Assembly: GCA_965207225.1 (NCBI GenBank)
Contig: CBDBLV010000005.1
Coordinates: 1,472,001-1,536,000, forward strand
DNA: 64,000 nucleotides
Reading direction: 5' to 3'
DNA from: Dehalococcoidia bacterium
Lineage (GTDB): Bacteria > Chloroflexota > Dehalococcoidia > Plut-88900
Below the pieces are notes generated by a model, which searched no databases, was not told the DNA's origin, and was given only the letters and a program-made list of their open reading frames with translations. The translations under genes were made by a program, and so were the position numbers. How positions within the stretch are numbered: position 1 is the stretch's first letter; every line of letters starts with the position of its first letter. Positions 52,950-61,978 of the stretch are shown here, piece by piece.

Positions 52950-54965
52950 TTATTCCCCCTCCGTCGATAGCTCCGGTAGCTGCCCCTGCATTTCTCCGAC
53001 CACCTTGAGAAAGTCTTCATGGCGTCGGCTAGTGGATTCCAATAGGTCGTGCCATGTCTTATGAGAAATGTCTGGGTCAGTGCGAATACTGTTGGCTCTG
53101 AGTGCGTCTACATTCAATGAGTCACAGACTATCGTCAGCTGAGCTGTCGGAAATGACGCCCTCACCGCAGCTGTCTCGCTGATGAACTGTCTCACCGCTG
53201 TCAGATATCCAAATGCCCTATCAAATTCCTCGTCCGTCAGCGAGTGCTGGGGCCGTTTGATTTCTACGACTTCCAGTCTGCCCTCATGGTTGAGCATCAC
53301 AAAATCAGGTTGCTTGCTTGGATTGTCGATGGTTGAGGTGACTATCTCTTTACCATACTCGGCCAGATACCAAGACTGGAAGTTAGTTCGGGTTGATACC
53401 AGAGACTGATTGAAGCTCAACGGCGTCCAGTCGGGATGGAGTATCCAGGGTGCGGTCTCTATGAGCTTCTGCAACTGTTTCTCAACGGTGGAAGGACTGG
53501 ATACTAGCCGCCGCAGTTGCTCAACTGCTCCGACCCTCTCTTGGGCGACTTGGCCAAGAGAATACATCTCGACCAATCTGGCTCTCTCGAACAGGTCGAG
53601 AATCACATCAGTAGCTCCGTCCGCTTGGGAGGCTACTTCATCCAAAGTGGTTAGCAGCGTTGTGTGAGGGCCTATGGCATAGGCTAACCGCACCATGCGA
53701 TCTCTGTAGTTGGAATTCTTGATGGCGTCCCTATCCGCCCGCGCTACTAGTGACCTTGCGGCCCTAAGTACCGACTCTCGTATAGCCCTATCCGTCGGAT
53801 GTGCTGCCCTGAGGCGCTCGTCCAACCTAGACTCTTCAAGAAATAGGTCCCAGGCACGCTGACCTGTACTTGCTTCCGCCTTAGCAGCAAGCTCCTTGAG
53901 GAGGTCTCTCCCCCACTCACGCAACGGAGTTCCGAGGTCAGAGTTCCAGATGATGTCCTGCCTGTCAGTTCGGATGAAATCTTCATCTTCGTCTAGCCAC
54001 TCAGCGTGGATGGCTCCCGTCAGATAGCTTCTCATCTTGAACTCGCCGGTGAAGCCGGTCTTGATGTCGAAGTCTCTAGTCTGAGCGACTATCTTTCCTC
54101 TAGCGTAGAGGCGGACCCCAGCCATCACCTCGTCCTTGTAAGGGTCTTTCGCGTAGCCAACCCATCCAGATACAGGCAGGAATTGGCCGTCGACTTTGAC
54201 CGGCCTGTCGTCTACTTCGATGCGGGTGCCAGGCATGGTGTCCACGTTTAGAGTGCCAAGGTCGATTGGATCCTCTTCTCCGGTAGTGTCCTCCAACCGG
54301 ACACTCCAGTTAGTTTGGCTCAGTCCAAACCTAGCGGCCAGCTGGCGATCTAGCTCTTCTCTCGTAGGAACACGTCGACGGTCGAAGCGTCTCAGAATCA
54401 GCTTTGTGCCGGTAGAGTCGTCGTGGGTCCCGTCTCGCGCACCCGGGGTCGGGTGATAGGGCAGTACATTCCCAAGTTGGTCAGTCTTCTCGTTCAGAAT
54501 CTCGTCCAGATCAAGAATCAGGTCGGAGACTGCGTAGCCATGTCCAGTCTTGGCTCCTCCCGCAGTTATGACTTCAACCTCGTGGCAGATGCCGAAGGGC
54601 GCTAGCTTGCCAATGCCCTTTCTGCCCATGACCCGGCGTTTGTGCTTGGGCGTTCGATCACTCCGAGTATTCCTCCGGTTGTACCCAACGTTCAGGTAAA
54701 ACTCGTTTACTTCGTGTGCAGTCATCCCGCTGCCGTTGTCTTCGATTACAATTTCGAAGCCTTGATCTTCGATACGTCCTTGGACCTTCCGGGCTAGGTA
54801 CTGACCAAAGGGCAACGTAATTCTGACTTGCTCGGCATCCGCGTCGTAGGCGTTCGCTATCAATTCTGCTAGGACGGCAGACACTCTGTCGTACATCTGA
54901 ATGCCCAGCTTGTCGATGGTAAGCCGGGAAATCTTCATGGTGTATTTATTGGACGTTTGCAGCAT
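52950..54965 (-). CDS. GHKL (MORC-like) ATPase with a C-terminal PD-(D/E)xK nuclease
   Basis: ELIANAYDADA, DNGSGM, GRKGIGK; PDF...VVEIKRP. Confidence 0.85.
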   Translation of the reverse strand: MLQTSNKYTMKISRLTIDKLGIQMYDRVSAVLAELIANAYDADAEQVRITLPFGQYLARKVQGRIEDQGFEIVIEDNGSGMTAHEVNEFYLNVGYNRRNTRSDRTPKHKRRVMGRKGIGKLAPFGICHEVEVITAGGAKTGHGYAVSDLILDLDEILNEKTDQLGNVLPYHPTPGARDGTHDDSTGTKLILRRFDRRRVPTREELDRQLAARFGLSQTNWSVRLEDTTGEEDPIDLGTLNVDTMPGTRIEVDDRPVKVDGQFLPVSGWVGYAKDPYKDEVMAGVRLYARGKIVAQTRDFDIKTGFTGEFKMRSYLTGAIHAEWLDEDEDFIRTDRQDIIWNSDLGTPLREWGRDLLKELAAKAEASTGQRAWDLFLEESRLDERLRAAHPTDRAIRESVLRAARSLVARADRDAIKNSNYRDRMVRLAYAIGPHTTLLTTLDEVASQADGATDVILDLFERARLVEMYSLGQVAQERVGAVEQLRRLVSSPSTVEKQLQKLIETAPWILHPDWTPLSFNQSLVSTRTNFQSWYLAEYGKEIVTSTIDNPSKQPDFVMLNHEGRLEVVEIKRPQHSLTDEEFDRAFGYLTAVRQFISETAAVRASFPTAQLTIVCDSLNVDALRANSIRTDPDISHKTWHDLLESTSRRHEDFLKVVGEMQGQLPELSTEGE

Positions 54966-55578
54966 GACGACTCTCCCAATCTGTGGTGTTCACAAGGCTG
55001 AGTCCAATCTCTGCCCCATGCAATTGAACTGTCCTCGCTCCCATCTCCGCCAGATTCTCGTTCGCTGCACTGTCCAGCGTGAGCAGAGGCTTACCCGAGT
55101 CAGCGAGCTTGCGGGCAAAGACTTCAGTCTTACTGCCGGGTGCTGCGTGAGCGATGAAAACTCGCTGCGCGAGGTCGGCCACCAAGTCATTACGTTGGGC
55201 GGCGAGCTCAGCGGTCGGACGGCGTACCGTGGTCGGGAAGGGCGACAGGACCAGAAGGCGGCCACCGTCCAGGGCGGGGCGCCAGTCGCGAGGGATGCGC
55301 ATGTTGTGGATGCCGCGGGCTGGGCAGACGACCACCGGCTGACTTCCTCGGACCAGCAGACGCAGACACTCGCGCTCCATTGGCGTCTGGAAGCCACCGA
55401 TTACGGGAACGCGGGCATCGCGCATGGCCCTGGCAAGGTCGTAGGTCTTCAGGATGAGGTCGCCGGGACAGCGATTGGAGCAGAACAGAGCCGTAAGCGG
55501 CTCGTCGAGCAGACTTAGATTGCCCTTCGACTTGACTTCCGGTAGTAGTTCCACGTTCACCATGCCACGCCCGTCCAC
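54946..55578 (-). CDS. DprA/SMF-like (SLOG) protein, short form
   Basis: GNLSLL...ALFCS..CPG, GGFQTPME, QRN, HAAPGSKT. Confidence 0.75.
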   Translation of the reverse strand: MDGRGMVNVELLPEVKSKGNLSLLDEPLTALFCSNRCPGDLILKTYDLARAMRDARVPVIGGFQTPMERECLRLLVRGSQPVVVCPARGIHNMRIPRDWRPALDGGRLLVLSPFPTTVRRPTAELAAQRNDLVADLAQRVFIAHAAPGSKTEVFARKLADSGKPLLTLDSAANENLAEMGARTVQLHGAEIGLSLVNTTDWESRHAANVQ

Positions 55579-55579
55579 T

Positions 55580-56419
55580 TTAGTCCCCTATGCAGAACAG
55601 GGCGTTGAACGCTGCCCTGGTCTTGCAAGAATTGACCTTGCCTCGCATCTGTCCAAAATACGTTGAGGCCCGCTTGCGAGGTCCAGAGTCTGCCGGGCCA
55701 AGAGATTCGTCCACGTATCTCGACTGCCCCGTGGAATCTTTGATCGGACTCTTCACCGCATCCATCGAGTGCCCCAATAGGTGAATGAGCATGTTCTTAG
55801 GGTCGAGGGGTCCTTGATAGCTATTGAACGCGTCAATTGCCAAGGACTCCATGTGGTAGCCACTGATCTTTCTGCTGGGACGGCTGATGAAGCAGTCCGC
55901 CATCGCCTTGGTAAGTTTGATTACCGGAACTACTCTGCCGCTTCTCGCCGTGTTGACTTCGGCGAGCTTCCTGGCAAAGTCATCAGGCCGCGCCACGTTA
56001 CTCCACTGATTGCTCCCCGGGTTGGCTATCCGAACGCCGCCACTATTGGTCCTTATGGCAGGCAGTATCTGTATCTCGGTCCCGTCAGAGTAGCTGACCG
56101 TGACCGCTAGATTGCCTCCGCTTACGGTATTCTGCCGGAGCCGATCCTGGATGGTCTCCCGCACGTGCTCAATGGCCCTTGCAGGGGACTGGTTTACAAG
56201 CGAAGACTGGTTCACTATGAGCAGAGCGTCGACATCGCTGAGGCCAGTCACGTAAGTGCCCTTCCGCACCGAACCGCCGAACATGGTCTGCACGACATCG
56301 CCCTTCTGCCTGAGGAACCCACACAAGCTTTCCAGACGCTGAGTGACGGTCTGTGTGTTCCTGCGGGCGTACTGTGCGAGTAACGCCTCAGAGTACTCGT
56401 TGAATCTATCGTCTGGCAC
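55580..56419 (-). CDS. cGAS/DncV-like (SMODS) nucleotidyltransferase
   Basis: FGGSVRKGT...LSDVD pol-beta motif, EIQILPA, VPVIKLTK and SGYHMES. Confidence 0.8.
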   Translation of the reverse strand: MPDDRFNEYSEALLAQYARRNTQTVTQRLESLCGFLRQKGDVVQTMFGGSVRKGTYVTGLSDVDALLIVNQSSLVNQSPARAIEHVRETIQDRLRQNTVSGGNLAVTVSYSDGTEIQILPAIRTNSGGVRIANPGSNQWSNVARPDDFARKLAEVNTARSGRVVPVIKLTKAMADCFISRPSRKISGYHMESLAIDAFNSYQGPLDPKNMLIHLLGHSMDAVKSPIKDSTGQSRYVDESLGPADSGPRKRASTYFGQMRGKVNSCKTRAAFNALFCIGD

Positions 56420-56422
56420 AGG

Positions 56423-56872
56423 TCACGCCTCCGTCTCGACCAGATCGTCCAAGACAACGACGGGCAAGTCGTCGACACGGCGAAAGTCGGTGTCGTTGGT
56501 GATGAAGGCGGTGCAGCCGGAGCGCAGAGCTGTCGCCGCATGAAGCGCGTCAGGGGTCTTCAACCCCGTATCGGCGCGGATGCGTGCCGCGTCCTCCCAC
56601 AGTTCGCGCGTGGCTGGGATTAGGCTAACCTCGTGCGCATCGAACATCGATCGGAGCAGCATCTCGACAACTTCGTCGCCCTCTCGTAACGGCTTGACGA
56701 GCGTTTCCAATACCGTGATGTCACTGCTCGCAACATCGAACTCACCGGCCCGGGCCTGCTGCCACATGGGTTCGAGCAACGTGCGGTACGGCTCAACACG
56801 CTCCACGCTGTATATGAAGCCATTGGCGTCGAGGTAGACGGGGCCGTGCGTAGGTAGGGTCAGCGGTCCCAC
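56423..56872 (-). CDS. vapC: PIN-domain (VapC-like) toxin
   Basis: VYLDAN, E, LKTPDALHAATA and FITNDTDF. Confidence 0.85.
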   Translation of the reverse strand: MGPLTLPTHGPVYLDANGFIYSVERVEPYRTLLEPMWQQARAGEFDVASSDITVLETLVKPLREGDEVVEMLLRSMFDAHEVSLIPATRELWEDAARIRADTGLKTPDALHAATALRSGCTAFITNDTDFRRVDDLPVVVLDDLVETEA

Positions 56873-57093
56873 GATGCTCTCTCTTCCTTGATGTAGTCGT
56901 CCACTTCCTTCGCAGTCTTGAAGAGGCGATGCCCCGGCGCCTCAGCCAGAATGTCAACGACGGATCGCCGCTCGGTAGACGAGGAGCGCGTCACCACCAC
57001 GTCGACCGACTGCCCAGCCTCCAGTTCCGGGCTGGCAACCTCCACCCTGCCCCCTGGTTGTACCGTCGTCCTGATGTGTAGTGCCTTTTGCAT
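56860..57093 (-). CDS. Putative antitoxin
   Basis: 77 aa, overlapping the PIN gene; ends IKEERASWDR. Confidence 0.7.
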   Translation of the reverse strand: MQKALHIRTTVQPGGRVEVASPELEAGQSVDVVVTRSSSTERRSVVDILAEAPGHRLFKTAKEVDDYIKEERASWDR

Positions 57094-57095
57094 GG

Positions 57096-58628
57096 CTAAA
57101 CCTCCTTTATGCCATTTGTGCGGCCACCTTTTCGTCCGTGCTGTCGCATCACAGCTTGTGTGGCTTCTTCAAGACCCGGAAATAGAGTTTCTCTTGTCAT
57201 ATTGAGCAACTGCAATTCCTGTAGAATACTCTTTTTGCACTGGGCCGGTATCTTAAATCTGTAGTGTTCATACATTGGAATGTCAGGAGTCCATGCCAGA
57301 ACGTGGGACGGCTCAAAACGTTCATGGAAGGCCGAAACAAGAAAAGCTGCTGATTGGGCCCTTACACGCTCAAGAGACTGTTCCGGTTCCACAATAAACA
57401 CCCTATACAAGTCCCGTGGTTCTATTCTTTCCTTGAAATGCGGCTTCTCTCGGCCAATGTTGTGATAGAGGCGTGTCAACGCCCCGTAGAATTTGCTGTG
57501 GAGGTCTCCTGTGGGAGGCTCTCGCCCCACAATCTCCATCTCGGCCTTAATGGTTTGATCGCGTTTGCCTAAGAGTGTTTTTTGCTCGAACAAGGGAAGC
57601 TTGGCAAAGTTAGTGATGACGCTAACGGAGTCACTGTCAAAGGACTTCACTAATTCTCTGGGCACCACGAAAACGTGAAGCACTCCGTCCTCATCAGTAA
57701 AGCTGTCTTGACTCGGAGAGTCGTCACAAGCTGAGAATAGGCCAACGAGGGGATTGCGAGACACATCGAGCAATCGAGTTTTGAGTCCATAATGCTGGGC
57801 GAGTACCCATTCAGACAGAGCTGACCTCAGATGACTGAACTCTTCGGGTCTGCGCGACATGAGATCAAGCAACATCTCTCCTTCTCTACCACGGACATCG
57901 AGCTGATGGTCTGAAGGGGGCCTAGTCAATGCTGGTCTTAGATCCCATGTACCAAGCGCCTCTCCACGAAAGTAGAGTAGAGGCATGTCAATATCTGATT
58001 CAGTAACTGAAGCAGTGTAGTGCCTTACGACGGAGTCCACTATCTCTGTCAGTTCACCAACCTTTGTTACACTATCAGCCAATTGCGAGGTAACTGTGGC
58101 ATTGTGCTTGGAATGTTGATAAAAGGAAGCCTTCCAAAGCTCCGCACCTGTCACGTTGGCGTCGACAAGGGAAGCGTCTCTCAAGTCGGCATTGTTGAAG
58201 TTTGCATTGACAAGATTGGCGCCATGGAAATTGGCTTTACCCAAGAAGGCATCATCCAAACAAGCCGCACTAAGATTAGCGCGGTCGAAAGTGGCTCCGC
58301 CAGCCCTTGCTCCTTTGAGATTCGCTACCCCGAGAAAAGCGTCCATGAAATTGGCAAGTGAAAGTTGTGCCCCACGAAGATCGGTGTAGAAAAGGCTGGC
58401 TCCTTGTAGGTTGGCGTCCGCAAGGTCAGCGTTCGCAAGATTGAGGCTGTCCAGGTTGGAGTTCCGGAGATACGCCTGCCGCAGGTTAATGCCTTCCAGC
58501 GAGGTGCCACGACATATCTCTCTAAGGTCGACACCATCAAGCTGGGGACGGAAATCGCTTTCTGCGTGCCTTGCGTTCCAAGCCGTGACGCCTTCAAGTA
58601 GCCAAGTAATGTGCTGTGAGTTGGCCAT
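57096..58628 (-). CDS. Pentapeptide-repeat plus FRG-domain protein
   Basis: A(N/D)L.. repeats; YFRGE, AQHYGLKTRLLDVSRNPLVGLF and RVRAQSAAF. Confidence 0.85.
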   Translation of the reverse strand: MANSQHITWLLEGVTAWNARHAESDFRPQLDGVDLREICRGTSLEGINLRQAYLRNSNLDSLNLANADLADANLQGASLFYTDLRGAQLSLANFMDAFLGVANLKGARAGGATFDRANLSAACLDDAFLGKANFHGANLVNANFNNADLRDASLVDANVTGAELWKASFYQHSKHNATVTSQLADSVTKVGELTEIVDSVVRHYTASVTESDIDMPLLYFRGEALGTWDLRPALTRPPSDHQLDVRGREGEMLLDLMSRRPEEFSHLRSALSEWVLAQHYGLKTRLLDVSRNPLVGLFSACDDSPSQDSFTDEDGVLHVFVVPRELVKSFDSDSVSVITNFAKLPLFEQKTLLGKRDQTIKAEMEIVGREPPTGDLHSKFYGALTRLYHNIGREKPHFKERIEPRDLYRVFIVEPEQSLERVRAQSAAFLVSAFHERFEPSHVLAWTPDIPMYEHYRFKIPAQCKKSILQELQLLNMTRETLFPGLEEATQAVMRQHGRKGGRTNGIKEV

Positions 58629-58639
58629 CGGTTCCTATT

Positions 58640-61600
58640 TCACACCTTCCGCCCCATGCGGTACTTGATGTCGTAGTTGATGATAAAGTCCAGCTCCTCC
58701 TCCGTGAGGCCGTAGTGCCGCGCCAGCACGCGGTCGATTTCGTCGATTATCGCCTTGCTCAACCGTGGGTAAGTGGACTGAATTGTCAGACTTCCCCTGT
58801 TGCGGTAATTGATGGTTGCCATCTCCGAGTGGTTCTGTATGTCATCCATAAGTTCTTCGGCGATGTTTGCCAATCGTCGAACCCCATCACCGTCATCAAG
58901 ACTCAACCGCGTCATCTCGATTTCCCGCTTGTTCAGATTTCTGCAATCAGAAAACAAGGTGATCAGCCAATAGAAGAGAGTCGAATTAAGAAACGCCAGC
59001 ACAGCGCCTCTGCTGACCTGACTGTCAAATCTGAGCTCCTTTAGTTCAGAGGGCTTCCTCAGCTTGCCAGCCTCGTCATAGATTGTTGGAACGAAGTCTA
59101 GAATCTGCACGAAGTTGCTCAACTTCCTCGTATAGAAGATTGATTCTTGCCCGGACCTGCTCGCAGGTGCTAGAGGCTTACGATGGAACTTCCGAAGTAT
59201 CGACATCTCGATAGGATCCCCAAACTTAGGCAGAAGACCATTGGAATCAGTTCCAGTGGACTCGATGAAAGTCAGCCTTTGGAACAGTGTGTCTCTTTCC
59301 GTGGCTTGCCACTTGTTGTAGGCGGTTGAGAACACCCTTCTTGCGCTGGAGCCGACGTTTAGGAGATAAATTGAAAGTCGGCAGTGCTCAATCCCGTCAA
59401 AGAGTCTGCTGGGTCTGTCATTGAAGTGACTTACAACCATACCGCCAGCACTCGCGAGACAGCTTCTCAGAGGAGCGAATCCATCGGTGCATGCGCCAGA
59501 CACCGGGACAATCATGCCAAATCGGCCATTGCTCAGGATTGTGAGTGACCGTTCCATCATCATTGCGTACAAGTTGCCGCACTCTTCGGTCACCATGCCA
59601 CGAACCGAATACAAACCCTTGATCTTGGTGTACTCCACGTATGGTGGGTTACCAATCACCACGTCAAAGCCGCCCTTGCCCATGATCCCGTAGAATTCGA
59701 CGAACCAGTGGAAGGGCTGATGGCTGGCGCGCCAAGCGCCGTAGGTAGCGGGCTTGTTAGGGTCGATGCCGTACTCTCGAGCTAGGTGGCGATCCAGTTC
59801 GTCGTCGAGGCTGCGGAGGCGGTTGCGGAGGGCCTGCTTGTCGGCGGAAGTTACCTCTCCACCCAGCATGGTCTGCTGCCAACGGAACTGGTTGAAGGCG
59901 GCGCTCGCGGTCTCGGCTTCCTCATTGATTCGGTCGAGGGCCGCCTGGTCTTCGGGGAACACCTGCCGGTGCTGGCCGTTGGGCATGACCGTCATGGCCT
60001 GCCGCACAGCGTCCAGTGACGTGAAGCCGACCAGCGTGTTGCCGGCGCGGACATTGAAGTCGATGTCCGGCAGCGGCTCGATTTGGTCGTAACTCTCCAA
60101 CTGAGCGACCAACTTCAGGAAGAGACGCAGCTTGCATATCTCTACGGCCTCTTCCATGATGTCGACGCCGTAGAGGTTGTTCAGGACGATGGACTTGAGG
60201 ATGAAGTATCGCTCGCTTGGGTGCTTTTCTACCTGCTCCAGGATGCGGCGAAAATCCCCTAGGTGCTCAGGACTGCGCTTGCGCTCAGATCTTTCGGCGT
60301 CGTCCAAGAATCCCCGCATTCCCTCCAGGCAGGCGGTATAGAGGGGTTCAAGGACGTTCAGCGCGGCGAAGAGGAACGCGCCGGAGCCGCAGGCGGGGTC
60401 CAGGACAGAGATTCCGGTGTCACTGCGTTCGCGGTTGCCATAGAGAGCGTGCCAGAATGCCCGCAGCAATTCGGGTCCCTCGCTCTGCGCGATTACATCT
60501 CCGACGAACCTCTCGACGTCAAGGTTGAGTGTGATGAGGTCGTCTACATCCTGCACTTCCCCCGATGCGAGCTTGGCGCGGACCTCTTCAAATCGAGTGC
60601 GGCGGGTTACAACCTCCCGCCATGTCTCGGTGGCGAGAGCGTAGTCGTCCGGCGCAGGGGCGTTCCAGCCTCCGCGTTTGGGCACGTCGTCTATGCCCGC
60701 GGCGATATAGTCTGACAAGTCAAGTGGCGCTTCAAGGCGCTTGGGGTCTTCCGGCTGTCCGGCGTTCCATGCGATGCCGTGGCCGACGGCAGGATAGATG
60801 TATCGGTCCGGGTTGTCCCGAAGCAAGCGCCAGACACCGCCATCCGGCCCAAAGGCCACGGGACACTCCTTCTTGGCGGCATCGAACAAGAAGGGGATTA
60901 CCGTGTTTCGTGAGATGTAGCCGGTAATGTCCTCCCTGGTGTAGTAGGCTCCCATCTGCTTCTGGTTGACGTACTTCTCGAAGATGTAGCCGAGCACGTC
61001 GGGGTTAATCTCGTTGTCCTCCCGGTAGGGCCGCTCGTCAAGGTGCCAGCGGTAGCCGTCGAAGAAGTTGAAGACCCGCTCGAATGCGGTGTCAGGTATG
61101 GAAATGTCGGGGTTGTCACGTTCCAGATCGTGTACGTCGAAGAGGCCACCATTGAGGAAGGGCACCCTGCCAAGTAGGGCAGCCAGTTCGGGCGCACGCT
61201 GGGCTTCGGGCTGACCAAGACCCTCGTGGAACAGTCGCAGGAGGAAGAGGCGGTAGAACTGCTGGAAACGCCCGCCGCCGCTCTGTTCCTGCACCATCTT
61301 CAAGCGGTTGCGCAGGTAGTTTAGGTCTTCGTCGAGGAAGCCCTGCTTCTGGACGAAGTAGACGAACATCATGCGATTGAGCATGAGGGAGGCGTACCAG
61401 TCGCGGTCGCCCTGGGCCGTGATGCCCTCGATGAAGTTCCCGAATGACTTCAACTCCTTCTGGAACCGTTCGTAGAAACGCTTGGTAATCTTCTCGACGT
61501 CTAATGCTGCCCGAACCCGTGAGGCGATAAGGGCGATATTTAGCGTCGGCTCTTCATCCAGGGAGACGAACAAAGGCTGAAGGCGTTGGAGTAGGTGGTC

Positions 61601-61978
61601 TCCGCTTGCGCCCGTAGTAACGGCGTACTCGCGGCAGGCCGCAGGCTTACCGCTTTCTCGCCTGACCCACTGCCAGACCTGCGCCTTACGGCCCGGGTCG
61701 GTGAAGATGATGAGGTGCTCGAAGGTGCGCTTGGCAACTTCGCTCTCGATCTTGCGTCGGACCGGGTACTGGGGGACGTTGTTGTCGACGCTGGAATCGC
61801 ACTCGTAAACAGCGAACCCCGTCTTCTCCGCAATTGGATTGAGCGTGTAGTCCCGCTCGTTGACTCGGACGACGAACGGCTCAGTGGGGTAGTGATCCCA
61901 CCCCAGCCCTTCGATGAAGAGACGCGGAAAGTCGAAAGCCTGTAGGTGGGGTCGTAGTTCTTCAATCGAGACTGGCAT
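58640..61978 (-). CDS. Eco57I/type IIG-like N6-adenine DNA methyltransferase
   Basis: FLNGGLF, GAYYT, LDPACGSGAF, GVDI and IGNPPY. Confidence 0.9.
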   Translation of the reverse strand: MPVSIEELRPHLQAFDFPRLFIEGLGWDHYPTEPFVVRVNERDYTLNPIAEKTGFAVYECDSSVDNNVPQYPVRRKIESEVAKRTFEHLIIFTDPGRKAQVWQWVRRESGKPAACREYAVTTGASGDHLLQRLQPLFVSLDEEPTLNIALIASRVRAALDVEKITKRFYERFQKELKSFGNFIEGITAQGDRDWYASLMLNRMMFVYFVQKQGFLDEDLNYLRNRLKMVQEQSGGGRFQQFYRLFLLRLFHEGLGQPEAQRAPELAALLGRVPFLNGGLFDVHDLERDNPDISIPDTAFERVFNFFDGYRWHLDERPYREDNEINPDVLGYIFEKYVNQKQMGAYYTREDITGYISRNTVIPFLFDAAKKECPVAFGPDGGVWRLLRDNPDRYIYPAVGHGIAWNAGQPEDPKRLEAPLDLSDYIAAGIDDVPKRGGWNAPAPDDYALATETWREVVTRRTRFEEVRAKLASGEVQDVDDLITLNLDVERFVGDVIAQSEGPELLRAFWHALYGNRERSDTGISVLDPACGSGAFLFAALNVLEPLYTACLEGMRGFLDDAERSERKRSPEHLGDFRRILEQVEKHPSERYFILKSIVLNNLYGVDIMEEAVEICKLRLFLKLVAQLESYDQIEPLPDIDFNVRAGNTLVGFTSLDAVRQAMTVMPNGQHRQVFPEDQAALDRINEEAETASAAFNQFRWQQTMLGGEVTSADKQALRNRLRSLDDELDRHLAREYGIDPNKPATYGAWRASHQPFHWFVEFYGIMGKGGFDVVIGNPPYVEYTKIKGLYSVRGMVTEECGNLYAMMMERSLTILSNGRFGMIVPVSGACTDGFAPLRSCLASAGGMVVSHFNDRPSRLFDGIEHCRLSIYLLNVGSSARRVFSTAYNKWQATERDTLFQRLTFIESTGTDSNGLLPKFGDPIEMSILRKFHRKPLAPASRSGQESIFYTRKLSNFVQILDFVPTIYDEAGKLRKPSELKELRFDSQVSRGAVLAFLNSTLFYWLITLFSDCRNLNKREIEMTRLSLDDGDGVRRLANIAEELMDDIQNHSEMATINYRNRGSLTIQSTYPRLSKAIIDEIDRVLARHYGLTEEELDFIINYDIKYRMGRKV

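Noticed and set aside
46620-56419. E1/E2/JAB genes as CBASS Cap2/Cap3 for the CD-NTase
   Set aside because: They are separate PRTRC-type genes with their own Ub-like protein, several kb away across a truncation junction.
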